From contig URAA01000001.1 of the NCBI GenBank assembly GCA_900545785.1, forward strand, positions 1-55,624: 55,624 bases of DNA, given 5' to 3'. A program made the position numbers and the translations under genes. Below the pieces are notes generated by a model. That model worked only from the letters and a program-made list of their open reading frames with translations, searched no databases and was not told the DNA's origin. Origin of the DNA: an uncultured Dialister sp. GTDB taxonomy: Bacteria > Bacillota > Negativicutes > Veillonellales > Dialisteraceae. Positions within the stretch are counted from its first letter, which is position 1; every line of letters begins with the position of its first letter. Shown in pieces: positions 20,522-29,745 of this stretch.

Positions 20522-21687
20522 TATTTAGTACCTTTCACTTTCTCTTTCTTAAAGATAAGCACGTACTGATGATGTATATTCTCAACATATCCAAATGGAT
20601 ATCCATAAGGTAAGAGACTCTTATGATTTTGCAATAAAATTTTCGTTCCTTGCAATTTCAATACCCCTCCAGCCGGAATCATTTTTTTATTCAAATGATA
20701 AATTAAGTCACTGTGAAAACTAATAAATTCAGACTTATCTCTAAAATCAGAAACAATAATAGCCATATATTTACCTGGCTTAATAATTCTTGCACATTGC
20801 AAAAATATTTTATTCACCAATGTATCAAGAAACACATTATAATCTTTAATATTTCCCAAATCATTCTCGTCTTCAGAATATTTTGTTTCTAAATTATTAG
20901 CCACTCTATTTTTCTTTACCTTCTGATCTTGCTTATTTAGAATTCCCCAATAAGGTGGACTGGTCACCATAAAATCCATGGAATTCGTATCCAACTTCGC
21001 CAACTCGTTACATGAATCACCATTAATAAAATTATGGTTTTCACTACTTCCTATCCCGACTTCCGTTTCTAATCGCTTAATAGAAAGCTCATGCCATTTT
21101 TTAGATAATTCAATACTAGTGCAAAATCTATTACTTATCGCACAAGCTTTTGCCGTAGAGCCAACTCCACCAAAAGGTTCTAATACTTTCATCCCTTGTT
21201 TCGTAAAAAAAGTTATTAACTGTAATATATCCTGAAAAGAAAAAGGAGCTGGATGTAATTTCTCTATTTGAGCCTCTATATGATTTGCCCCCAATCCTTT
21301 TTGATAAAAGAAGCTTTTTGTTGCAGGCAACCACTCCTTACCTGTTAAATCATTAAGTTTGTTCCTAGGATCCACAGTACCATTTACCATATCTATATAT
21401 ACCTGAGTTTTCATAAACTCCGATAATTCTAAATAGTTATATCTTTTTCTGCCTCTGCTGATAACTACATGAATTAAATCACTTTGAATTGCTTTATCAA
21501 ACTTATGCCGTGAAAATTCAAGAAGTTTCATAGCTTCTGCCCCAGTAATTAATTCACCACCATTATGATGCTCATCCATATTTTCGTTCATCTCTTCATT
21601 ATTTTTTTTTTCTGACTCTAAAAAATTCTCTCCATCAAACATATTATATTCACAATATTCAAATTTAATCTTTTTTTCACTAGTCAT
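20521..21687 (-). CDS. Alpha-order N4-cytosine DNA methyltransferase with N-terminal HTH
   Basis: HPAPF and EPFGGVGST (motif I) precede TSPPY (motif IV, m4C-type); N-terminal LITGAEAMKLLEFSRHKF...GRKRY resembles an excisionase/MerR-like HTH. Confidence 0.88.
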   Translation of the reverse strand: MTSEKKIKFEYCEYNMFDGENFLESEKKNNEEMNENMDEHHNGGELITGAEAMKLLEFSRHKFDKAIQSDLIHVVISRGRKRYNYLELSEFMKTQVYIDMVNGTVDPRNKLNDLTGKEWLPATKSFFYQKGLGANHIEAQIEKLHPAPFSFQDILQLITFFTKQGMKVLEPFGGVGSTAKACAISNRFCTSIELSKKWHELSIKRLETEVGIGSSENHNFINGDSCNELAKLDTNSMDFMVTSPPYWGILNKQDQKVKKNRVANNLETKYSEDENDLGNIKDYNVFLDTLVNKIFLQCARIIKPGKYMAIIVSDFRDKSEFISFHSDLIYHLNKKMIPAGGVLKLQGTKILLQNHKSLLPYGYPFGYVENIHHQYVLIFKKEKVKGTK

Positions 21688-22030
21688 ATTTCATTTCTCC
21701 ACAATAAATACATTATATTTTTCGTGTATTTTATAACAATTTATTCACACAGAAGAATCAATCATCCTCTATTTTTACACTATTATATCCTTAAACTTCT
21801 AATTATTCTATTTTCAAAAAACTTGAACTTTATAATCATCTATCCCAACAATATTCTATATGCCTATAATAAACTGATAGCCAAGATATTCTTTATTCTA
21901 TTTATTATACTTAACACAGCTATATATTGTCATCTATTAAGCATATCACGTACTAATGAAAAATAGCTAAAAATCACATAAAAATTACTCTATATTATCA
22001 ATATATTTATTTAGACCTTTTTCTAAAAGA

Positions 22031-22063
22031 AATACCCTCAAGAGAATTACTCTTGAGGGTATT
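22031..22063. terminator. Intrinsic terminator
   Basis: AATACCCTCAAGAG-AATTA-CTCTTGAGGGTATT perfect inverted repeat. Confidence 0.75.
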
Positions 22064-22113
22064 TTCTTTATTGTATTTTCCTGTGGTAGACCTAGCCTCT
22101 ACTTGCTTTTCTA

Positions 22114-22452
22114 CTAGTATCTGCTTGCTCTTTTATTTCGGCGAGGAATCGCTTCCCTCTCATCCTCCAGTTTTTCCTTCCACGATCTCCGAGCCTGTCT
22201 CATTCCAACGCTCGTCCAATTCCACCGCTTGAGGTCATTACTCTCCCCGATTTCCTCGGCTATCATTTTGTGAAGCGTTCTGGCTGCTATTGCGTACTTC
22301 GGAGAGTCCAGATTTCTCCACGACTCTATGGCTACGTTCATTTCTACCATTTCATCCAAATACCTCGCCGTGAAGTCCTATAGAGCTTCTTCTGGAACCT
22401 TCCACTCCAACACTAACCACCCCATTACTTCCGCTAAAAATAACTTGTCCAT
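22114..22452 (-). pseudogene. Hypothetical gene interrupted by an in-frame TAG
   Basis: GGGGAG RBS, ATG at 22452, MDKLFLAEVMGWLVLEWKVPEEAL then TAG (22378-22380); the same frame continues into the 22114..22359 ORF. Confidence 0.6.
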
Positions 22453-22581
22453 AGTAACTCCCCTTTATTGACTAATCATTATTATCAAAGCTATCTTAAT
22501 TATACTTGATTTTATTATGACCGGTAAACCCTCTTATAAAAAACTCCCTCTAAGCGTCTAAAACGCTTAGAGGATTTTTCA

Positions 22582-22776
22582 TTATAAGTAACCTTCTTGT
22601 CTTTTCCGCTCAATATATTCTTCAACAGAAATCCTTGAAATCTTCCAAACGCGTGTAATCTTAAACCCCTTAATCTCATTACTTCGTAATAATTCATATA
22701 TAATATTCTTACTAGTAGATAACCAGTCACAAACATCATCTACTGTCAATATTTCATTTCTACCATTATATTCCAT
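22582..22776 (-). CDS. Excisionase-like HTH (HTH_17) DNA-binding protein
   Basis: ILTVDDVCDWLSTSKNIIYELLRSNEIKGFKITRVWKI; GGAGG RBS; hairpin terminator at ~22548-22574. Confidence 0.85.
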   Translation of the reverse strand: MEYNGRNEILTVDDVCDWLSTSKNIIYELLRSNEIKGFKITRVWKISRISVEEYIERKRQEGYL

Positions 22777-22894
22777 TATTAAATCCCTCCTAGCATTTTT
22801 TACCTGTATTTACATGTTAATATTCGCTTAAAATGATGTAAAATGCTAAGTCGAGAAAAAACGGCTCATATCCCCCTAATACCGTTACTTAATC

Positions 22895-23095
22895 TTACTT
22901 ACGCTTTCTTGCGTTAAGACGTTCTTCCATATAGCTTTCTATGGCTTCTGCTGGGATTTTCCATGCATTTGAATCTTCATCCTTATAAGCAAGAAGTTTT
23001 TCCTTTTCAATCAATTCATAAACTTTATTCGTTGATATATTTAATACCAGGGCAGTCTCTCGTGTAGTCAACGCCTCTTTTGAAATATTCATCAT
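22895..23095 (-). CDS. Excisionase-like HTH (HTH_17) DNA-binding protein
   Basis: LTTRETALVLNISTNKVYELIEKEKL.A....WKIP; AAGGGAG RBS before ATG 23095. Confidence 0.85.
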   Translation of the reverse strand: MMNISKEALTTRETALVLNISTNKVYELIEKEKLLAYKDEDSNAWKIPAEAIESYMEERLNARKRK

Positions 23096-23333
23096 TTCAG
23101 CTCCCTTCTTATAGTATTTAATAACATGTTGCATTATTAAGCATTAAGTTATGTTATCTATTAGTATCTAACACCATAAAAGCCTATAGCCATAATCGCT
23201 ATAGGCTTTTTATTGTGTAAAAACGGAGAATTTCACTTATATATTATAGCTTTGAATGATCCGCTTATGACTTAATCATAACGCCCTTCGAAAGGATCAT
23301 AGTAACATAGTTATCAAAAATCAGGAGGTCATC

Positions 23334-23492
23334 ATGGCTAATTACTGTATCAACCACATTGTATTTCACAGCACCAACTACGACCAGCTCAACCTTTTGT
23401 TTACAAATATTGAGTTGACACTTAAAACCCCACGCAAGTCGCTTTTATCTTGTACCGAAAGATTTTACTTACATCCATTTTTTCAGTCTTGA
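23334..23492 (+). pseudogene. Probable 5' fragment of a mobile-element gene truncated at the island boundary
   Basis: Strong AGGAGG RBS and ATG, MANYCINHIVFHSTNYDQLNLLF...; runs out of AT-rich DNA into the antisense of the neighbouring host gene and stops after ~52 codons. Confidence 0.45.
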
Positions 23493-24641
23493 AAACAGTC
23501 CGCCTTCTTTCGGTTTTTCTTCTCTTTCTTCCCTGACGGGCTGTCGTTTCGGTTTTGCCGTCCTTTTTATTTTTTCTTCCCGTTTTTTCCTGTCTTCCGT
23601 CGACTCAAAGGGCATGGGCGCCGTGAACGCGGGCATTTTCAAAATAGGGGGCGCCATGATTTTCGGCTGCATGAATTTGGGTTTCGCCGCCGTTTTGGAT
23701 ATTTCGCTCCTCCCCCACGGGACATAGTGATACGACTTGGATGACGGATCGGGCACATTTTTTTCAGTGATGTATTTGGCACCGTTGAAAGGCACGCCCC
23801 GCAGTCTTTCCAAAAGCTGGGCCGCCATGATCTGCGGTGAAAAATAGGAAAAAGGCAGCCGCGGCGCCATCCGTGCCACCGAGGAAAGGAAGGAAGATTT
23901 CACTTCGTCGGTCGTCATTTTCTGTTCGTGCCGGAGTTCGTCCATAAGAAGGATCATCCCTTTTTGCGTGGGAAAAAGATTTTCATAAGGGGTGACGGTA
24001 TTTTTATTTCCCATCCCCGACATATCGAGGAAGAACACAAGATAGAGATAGGTCAGCGCTTTATCTTTCGCCTCCGCACGAAGGTGGAAATTGGCATTGA
24101 TATAGTATAAATTGCGCAGTTTCGACCATTCTCCCGCCATAATGAAGAGGGACATTTTCTGCTGAAACGCTCTTTCCAGCACATCTCTTGCCGTATAGGG
24201 ATTTCCCTTCATGGCCAGAGCGGAGCGGGATTCTCCTATTTCTCCCTCGGTGAGGCCGTATTTTTCCCGTACATTCAAAACATAGGCCAGATGATGGCCG
24301 ATTTCTGCCTTCCCTTTCGGTTCTACCACATAAATTTTGGGCACACCGTGGGCATAATCTTTTTCGGGAATATCTTTGATGATCCGCCGGACCAGATCGC
24401 CGTGGCTTCCTTCTCCGGAAAATCCGTAACGTTTCAAGAAATCGGAGAGAGCTTTGTCGGGAAGCATCGTCACGGTTTCCTGCGGCCTGCTTTCCCGTAT
24501 CCAGCCGTCCGCATAAAGACGGTCAAGCCTGAGATCCGCATCTTTTCCGTAGGTATTTTGCAGGTACGGCGGCATTTTTGAATGCACCGGCTTTCCTTCA
24601 AAATAATCCAGTATGAGTATGTCGCGTATGGACAGCTTCAA
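23469..24641 (-). CDS. Hypothetical protein with an N-terminal SAP-like motif and a basic C-terminal tail
   Basis: LSDFLKRYGFSGEGSHGDLVRRI resembles a SAP helix-loop-helix; host-like composition; TTG start with GGAGG RBS. Confidence 0.65.
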   Translation of the reverse strand: MKLSIRDILILDYFEGKPVHSKMPPYLQNTYGKDADLRLDRLYADGWIRESRPQETVTMLPDKALSDFLKRYGFSGEGSHGDLVRRIIKDIPEKDYAHGVPKIYVVEPKGKAEIGHHLAYVLNVREKYGLTEGEIGESRSALAMKGNPYTARDVLERAFQQKMSLFIMAGEWSKLRNLYYINANFHLRAEAKDKALTYLYLVFFLDMSGMGNKNTVTPYENLFPTQKGMILLMDELRHEQKMTTDEVKSSFLSSVARMAPRLPFSYFSPQIMAAQLLERLRGVPFNGAKYITEKNVPDPSSKSYHYVPWGRSEISKTAAKPKFMQPKIMAPPILKMPAFTAPMPFESTEDRKKREEKIKRTAKPKRQPVREEREEKPKEGGLFSRLKKWM

Positions 24642-24843
24642 CAGAGCCCCCTCCTTTCGTATATTTTTCCATTCTTAAGTATAACAAAATAATACTTTTT
24701 TTGAAAGTGATTTCCTTTTATTATACGCCTGTTTCCGTTTTCTTTCTGATATTCCTAAAATATAAATGACCGCATAAAAAAAGAATCCTTTTTCGGAAAA
24801 GATTTGTTTTCCCTGCCCCGGATCATTTTGAAAAATAATGTTT

Positions 24844-26019
24844 TCAGGCTCCCATGCCTCTTCCTGCCGCCTGAAATACGGGAATTAAGACGGAAAAAAC
24901 AAGAACCGCAACGACGGCTCCCACAAGAAGCAAAAGAAGGGGCTCCGCTATTTTTCGGAGACGGAGTAATTTCATTTCCGTCTCTTCCGTCATCTGCGAT
25001 GCCGCATGTTCCAGAAACAAAGCAAGCTCTCCGCTCCTCATGCCCACCTCGACGGCATGGCCGAAAGCGGCGGTAGTCTTCCCCTGTTTTTGCAGCGCTT
25101 TGGAAAATTCTCCTCCCCGTTCCACTTCCCGAAGCACTTCACCGATTGCACTTGCGGCGCTTTCATTTGTTTCCATTTTTTTCATTTCTTGCAGTGCAAA
25201 AGAGAGGGGCATGCCGCTTTTTAAAAGTGCCGACAAAGCGAGGCAGAAACGGATCAAAAACAGCCTTCTCGTAAAATTCAGGCGGAAGAAAAATTCGTCT
25301 TTCTTCTTTTTCCCCTCTGCCGTACGGCTCCATCGGAAGAAAAGCAGAAAAAGAAGGACCGTTCCCGATAATAAAAGTACGCCTCTTTCACGAAAAAACA
25401 GGCCTGCCCCAAGAGCCGCTTCCATTACGGGCGGCACGGGTATTTCCAATGCATTGAAAAGAAGAGCGAAAGAAGGCAGTACAAAGGAAAGGATGACGAT
25501 ACAGACGGAAAGGGCAAAGAAAAGAATTCCTCCCGGATAGGCGAGGGCCGTTTTCAGACGGGAAAAAAATTCCCCTTCCTTTTTATAGTAAGCGGCGGAT
25601 ATCTCCAATTGTTCGGGCAGTGTCCCCGATAATTCTCCCACTTTGAGGAGGGTGCAGAAGAAAGGAGGAAATGAACGGGTTTCGGCAAAAGAGTCGCCGA
25701 TGCCGCTTCCTTTCTCGATATTTTTTTGCAGGCGGAAGATCAAATCTTTTCCTTTTTTCCCCTGTCCTTCCGCAAGAAAGGCAAGGGCTTCCGTGACGGG
25801 AATGCCTGCAGAAAGGAGGGCGCTCCATTCTTTTGAAAAAAGGGACAGTTTTTTGGAAGACGTAAAAGAGATTCCCCTTTTTTCTTTTATTTCCAAAAGG
25901 GAAATCAGCTTCAGCCCCTGTCCTTCCAATTCTTGCCGGATCAGTGCCTCATTTTCTCCGTCTATGATATTTTCCGCTATCAATCCGTCCTCTTCAACAG
26001 CTTTATATCTGCAGTGCAT
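24844..26019 (-). CDS. pilC: Type IV pilus / T2SS platform protein (PilC/GspF family)
   Basis: LLSAGIP, VGELSGTL, AL.YP, LLKSGMP and EPLLLL duplicated T2SSF domains. Confidence 0.85.
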   Translation of the reverse strand: MHCRYKAVEEDGLIAENIIDGENEALIRQELEGQGLKLISLLEIKEKRGISFTSSKKLSLFSKEWSALLSAGIPVTEALAFLAEGQGKKGKDLIFRLQKNIEKGSGIGDSFAETRSFPPFFCTLLKVGELSGTLPEQLEISAAYYKKEGEFFSRLKTALAYPGGILFFALSVCIVILSFVLPSFALLFNALEIPVPPVMEAALGAGLFFRERGVLLLSGTVLLFLLFFRWSRTAEGKKKKDEFFFRLNFTRRLFLIRFCLALSALLKSGMPLSFALQEMKKMETNESAASAIGEVLREVERGGEFSKALQKQGKTTAAFGHAVEVGMRSGELALFLEHAASQMTEETEMKLLRLRKIAEPLLLLLVGAVVAVLVFSVLIPVFQAAGRGMGA

Positions 26020-26029
26020 CCCCTCTCCG

Positions 26030-27025
26030 TTACCTTTCGATATATTCTAAAAGTTCTTTCCTCTCCGATGCCGTCAATTTTCTGACATTGTATGCCGCCT
26101 GTCTCAAAGTGCGCATATTTTTATTTCCCGCTTCCATATAGGATGCCATTTGTTCTTCCCGTCCCTGCCTGATCAGATGGGATACGGCAGGCGTGTTCCA
26201 GAGGATTTCCCGAAGAAGGACGGTTTTCTTCCCGTTCTGCCACAGTCTTTGCGCCGATACCATGCGGAGTACCCGGACCAAAATATTTCGTGCTTCGCTT
26301 TGTTCGTCTCCCGAAAAGGAATGAATGATCCGCCCTATCGCATCTTTTACTTCCCCGTTGTGGAGCGTGGCAAGTACGAGATGGCCCGTTTCAGCCGCCG
26401 AGAGCGCCGCCGCCATCGTTTCCCGATCCCGCATTTCTCCGAGGGCAATCACATCCGGATCTTCCCGCAAAGATTCTTTAACCCCTTCTGCAAAAGTCGG
26501 CACATCTTCTCCCACTTCACGCTGGTGGATGAGTGATGTTTTTGATTGCAGGATATATTCCACCGGATCTTCCAACGTGACGATATGACAGGCCCTCGTA
26601 TCACCTATCTTTTGCAATATTCTTGCCATGGTCGTACTTTTTCCGCTCCCTGACGGCCCTGACAGAAGAACCAGTCCCGTTTTCAATTTGGAAACTTCCT
26701 CGATCCACGGTTCATCGGGATCGGGATTTATTTTATTCAGTGGCGGCAGGATACGGAGAGCTCCGCAAGTTTTTCCTCCCGATTTGTACAAATGAACACG
26801 GACGCGGACGCCCCCTTCTTCCAAAGAAGTATCGGTGACACCTATGAGTTTGTATTCTTCTCTCTTTTCCGGACTGAGCCGGTCTGAAATTTCCTTTTCC
26901 AAAAGGGCGCCGTCTATATTTTCCCCTTCTGTGAGAAGCCCTTTGCACCTTATCATGACAGGCCCGTTTTCCGTCAGGTGAAAGTCCGTCGCTTCCGGAT
27001 ATTTTTCAAGTATCATTTTCAGCAT
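26030..27025 (-). CDS. pilT: Type IV pilus retraction ATPase (PilT family)
   Basis: GPSGSGKSTT, TLEDPVE, HQREVG, LREDPD, GEMRD, AAETGHLV.ATLH and a degenerate AIRNLIRE (AVSHLIRQ). Confidence 0.88.
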   Translation of the reverse strand: MLKMILEKYPEATDFHLTENGPVMIRCKGLLTEGENIDGALLEKEISDRLSPEKREEYKLIGVTDTSLEEGGVRVRVHLYKSGGKTCGALRILPPLNKINPDPDEPWIEEVSKLKTGLVLLSGPSGSGKSTTMARILQKIGDTRACHIVTLEDPVEYILQSKTSLIHQREVGEDVPTFAEGVKESLREDPDVIALGEMRDRETMAAALSAAETGHLVLATLHNGEVKDAIGRIIHSFSGDEQSEARNILVRVLRMVSAQRLWQNGKKTVLLREILWNTPAVSHLIRQGREEQMASYMEAGNKNMRTLRQAAYNVRKLTASERKELLEYIER

Positions 27026-27037
27026 AACCGGTTCTCC

Positions 27038-28186
27038 TTAGAATTTTTCGTGCAGCAGCGCCGCTTCTTTGGCGGAAATCACGCCTTGCTCCATCAGATC
27101 TTCCGCCGTTTCTCCGATGGTCTTCCGGCCCTGCTTTTTCATCAGCTCCGAAAGGACATAAGGCGGTGCGTTTTCATGAAGGGCTTTCCGCTCCTCGTCT
27201 CCGATTTCCATCATTTCAAAGATGCCGATCCGCCCTTCTTCCGTTCCCGTACAGGCAGATTTTCCGATAAATGAAAGAGGAAGGAAATATTGCTCCGCCC
27301 TTTCTTTTGTGATGATCTCCCTCTTTTTCTCCTTCTCCGACAATTTCACTGCCAGTCTTTGAGAAATAATGAGAGAAAGAGATGCGGAAAGAAGATAGGC
27401 GGGAATTCCCATATCCGTCAGCCTTGCCGGCGCCGACACGGCATCATTCGTATGGAGGGAAGAGAGGACCAGATGGCCCGTCAATGCGGCATGCACGGCA
27501 ATTTCCGCCGTTTCCCTGTCACGGATTTCTCCGATCATGACCACGTCCGGATCCTGCCTCACCAATGCGCGCAATCCTTTTTCAAAAGTCAGTCCCGCTT
27601 TTTCATTCACCTGCACCTGCGTCATTCCGGGAATGCGGTATTCCACGGGATCTTCGATGGAAATCAGAGAAATTTCGGGAGTGAGGAGCAATTTCAAAGC
27701 GGCGTAGAGAGTCGATGTTTTTCCGCTCCCCGTCGGACCCGTTGTCAGAATCATTCCGCTTTTTCTCATCAATTTTTTCTGAAAGAGCCGTTTCTGAGAT
27801 TCCGTCATTCCCAGATCATTTTTTTCTATAAAATCCACCGTTCCCGAAAGGATACGGATGACGATGGTTTCTCCTTTGACGGTGGGCATGACGGAAATGC
27901 GGAAATCCCTCGTTTCGCCCCCGTCAGTGCGGGAAAAACTTCCGTCCTGAGGGATTCTCGTTTCTCCCACGTTCATTCCGCCGAGTACTTTGATCCGCAC
28001 CGAAAGGCTTTGCGCCGTCTCTTTCGGCAGACGGAAAATTTCTTTCAGCCGTCCGTCGATACGGAAACGGACCCGCACATAATCCGTTTCAGGCTCTATA
28101 TGGACATCCCCTGCTTTTTCCGCCACTGCCCTTTTCAGAATATGGCGTATCCCTGTTTCCCCGTTTGCCGGCCTGTATAATTCCAT
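27038..28186 (-). CDS. pilB: Type IV pilus / T2SS assembly ATPase (PilB/GspE/ComGA family), short form
   Basis: DVHIEP, RFRIDG, PQDG, GPTGSGKT, EDPVEY, RQDPD, GEIRD and TGHLV.SSLH; likely start 28186 (ORF track 28210). Confidence 0.88.
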   Translation of the reverse strand: MELYRPANGETGIRHILKRAVAEKAGDVHIEPETDYVRVRFRIDGRLKEIFRLPKETAQSLSVRIKVLGGMNVGETRIPQDGSFSRTDGGETRDFRISVMPTVKGETIVIRILSGTVDFIEKNDLGMTESQKRLFQKKLMRKSGMILTTGPTGSGKTSTLYAALKLLLTPEISLISIEDPVEYRIPGMTQVQVNEKAGLTFEKGLRALVRQDPDVVMIGEIRDRETAEIAVHAALTGHLVLSSLHTNDAVSAPARLTDMGIPAYLLSASLSLIISQRLAVKLSEKEKKREIITKERAEQYFLPLSFIGKSACTGTEEGRIGIFEMMEIGDEERKALHENAPPYVLSELMKKQGRKTIGETAEDLMEQGVISAKEAALLHEKF

Positions 28187-28197
28187 GTCTCCGCCTC

Positions 28198-28770
28198 TTA
28201 AAATCCGCAATTTTTAAGCCAAGATTTCATATCCTTCAAATCATCATCGTCGTAGAAAACTTTTCCCGAAAGCACCTTCGCTTCCGGCGCCGCCTGACGG
28301 ATCGTGGCAAGACTTGCTTCATTTCCGCTTATATAGGCGGTACTGAAAGGAATGATGATTTTTTCACTTAGCGGCTGCGTTTTCAGGAAACTGCGAATGA
28401 TCATGGGCGCATCGAACCACCAGATGGGATAGCCGAGGAAGATGACGTCATAACCGGCTGCATCGGACAGATAATCCGCCATAATCGGCGTTTCATTGTC
28501 ACTCAGTTCCTGCCTTGCCACGACGGCGGTCATGAAAGATGACTCGGGATAAGGATAAAGAGGCCTGATCTCAAACATATCCCCGCCCGTTTCTTTATGA
28601 ATTTCTTCCGCTATCTTTCCCGTTTCCCCGGAAGGAGAAAAACAAGCAATGAGCACTTTTTTATTTCGCAAGCTCCCTTCCGGCATTTCCTGTTTCATTT
28701 CAACTTGCCCGCAAGAGGAAACGAGAAACACCGCAAAAAAGAGCAGGACCATAATCACTGATTTTTTCAT
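28198..28770 (-). CDS. Flavodoxin-like lipoprotein
   Basis: Lipobox VSSC, FSPSGET, YDVIFLGYPIWW and IIPFST (flavodoxin_4 pattern). Confidence 0.85.
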   Translation of the reverse strand: MKKSVIMVLLFFAVFLVSSCGQVEMKQEMPEGSLRNKKVLIACFSPSGETGKIAEEIHKETGGDMFEIRPLYPYPESSFMTAVVARQELSDNETPIMADYLSDAAGYDVIFLGYPIWWFDAPMIIRSFLKTQPLSEKIIIPFSTAYISGNEASLATIRQAAPEAKVLSGKVFYDDDDLKDMKSWLKNCGF

Positions 28771-28876
28771 AACCCCTCCCCGTTATCCCCTATTATACAA
28801 AACTCTTTCCCCTACGGCAAAACCGCTTTTACGGCAATCAAAAACCGAACCGCTTTTTCAGAGGTCCGGTCTTATT

Positions 28877-29587
28877 TTATTCCCCTATGACAGGCTTTTT
28901 TTCCGCTATTCCCACTTTTCTCGGGTATGTTTTGGGACAAACTTCGGTCTTTCTGAAATACAGGAGAGATCTTTTTTCTCCCCCGGGAAGTTCCAGATCC
29001 TTTTTTTCAATCAGTTCTCCGTGGAGTTCTTTTAAAATTTTTCCCGAGTCTTTCAATTCCTCCGCCGCGCCGGGCCCTTTCATCGCCGCAAAGATTCCGC
29101 CTACTTTGACAAAGGGCATCGCCCATTCGGAAATGACGGGAAGCATTTTGACCGCTCTTGCCGTCACCACATCGAAAGATTCCCTCGTCTTTCTCCGCCG
29201 TCCCCCTTCTTCTGCCCGCATATGCATGATTTTAATGTTTTTGATGTCCAGATCCGCTGCTGCTTTTTCAATGAAATTCAGCTTTTTCAAGACAGAATCC
29301 ATAAGCACCACCTGCAGATCCGGACGGATGACCGCAAGGGGTATCCCGGGAAATCCCGCTCCCGTTCCCAGATCCAGTACACGGCCGTTTTGAGGAAAGT
29401 ATTCTTCCTTGTAGACGGTTAGCGAATCATAAACATTTTTGATCAAACTTTCATTGACATCTTTTATCCCCGTAAGATTCACTTTTTTATTCATTGCAAT
29501 CATCATGGCGTTATAATCGGTCAATTTTTTTGCAACGTCTCCTCCTGCGGTGATCCCTAATATTTCTATCATTTCCCTGACGGTCAT
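28877..29587 (-). CDS. rsmG: 16S rRNA m7G527 methyltransferase
   Basis: NLTGI, LDLGTGAGFPGIP, RAEE, TARAV and YPRKVG; downstream of mnmG. Confidence 0.95.
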   Translation of the reverse strand: MTVREMIEILGITAGGDVAKKLTDYNAMMIAMNKKVNLTGIKDVNESLIKNVYDSLTVYKEEYFPQNGRVLDLGTGAGFPGIPLAVIRPDLQVVLMDSVLKKLNFIEKAAADLDIKNIKIMHMRAEEGGRRRKTRESFDVVTARAVKMLPVISEWAMPFVKVGGIFAAMKGPGAAEELKDSGKILKELHGELIEKKDLELPGGEKRSLLYFRKTEVCPKTYPRKVGIAEKKPVIGE

Positions 29588-29745
29588 ATTTCCTCCTTTA
29601 AACCGCATGATATATCTTTAAGTATATCAAATCATAACGTTTTAAGCATCCTTTCTTAAAAGAGGGCAAGAAAAAAACTTCTCCTTTACACTCGGGGGGA
29701 AGTTTTTTTCGGCTTTACTTTTTATCTTTTTATTTTTTGTCCGTT

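Larger units (their letters stand above)
16200..23460. mobile_element. AT-rich genomic island / decayed integrative-element remnant carrying an R-M system
   Basis: Abrupt drop in GC by eye relative to the flanks; R-M genes, two excisionase-like HTH genes and gene fragments at both ends; no integrase seen; boundaries approximate. Confidence 0.8.

Noticed and set aside
21724..21966. 80-aa plus-strand ORF in the island
   Set aside because: Low-complexity Ile/Phe/Tyr-rich reading of AT-rich promoter DNA with no RBS
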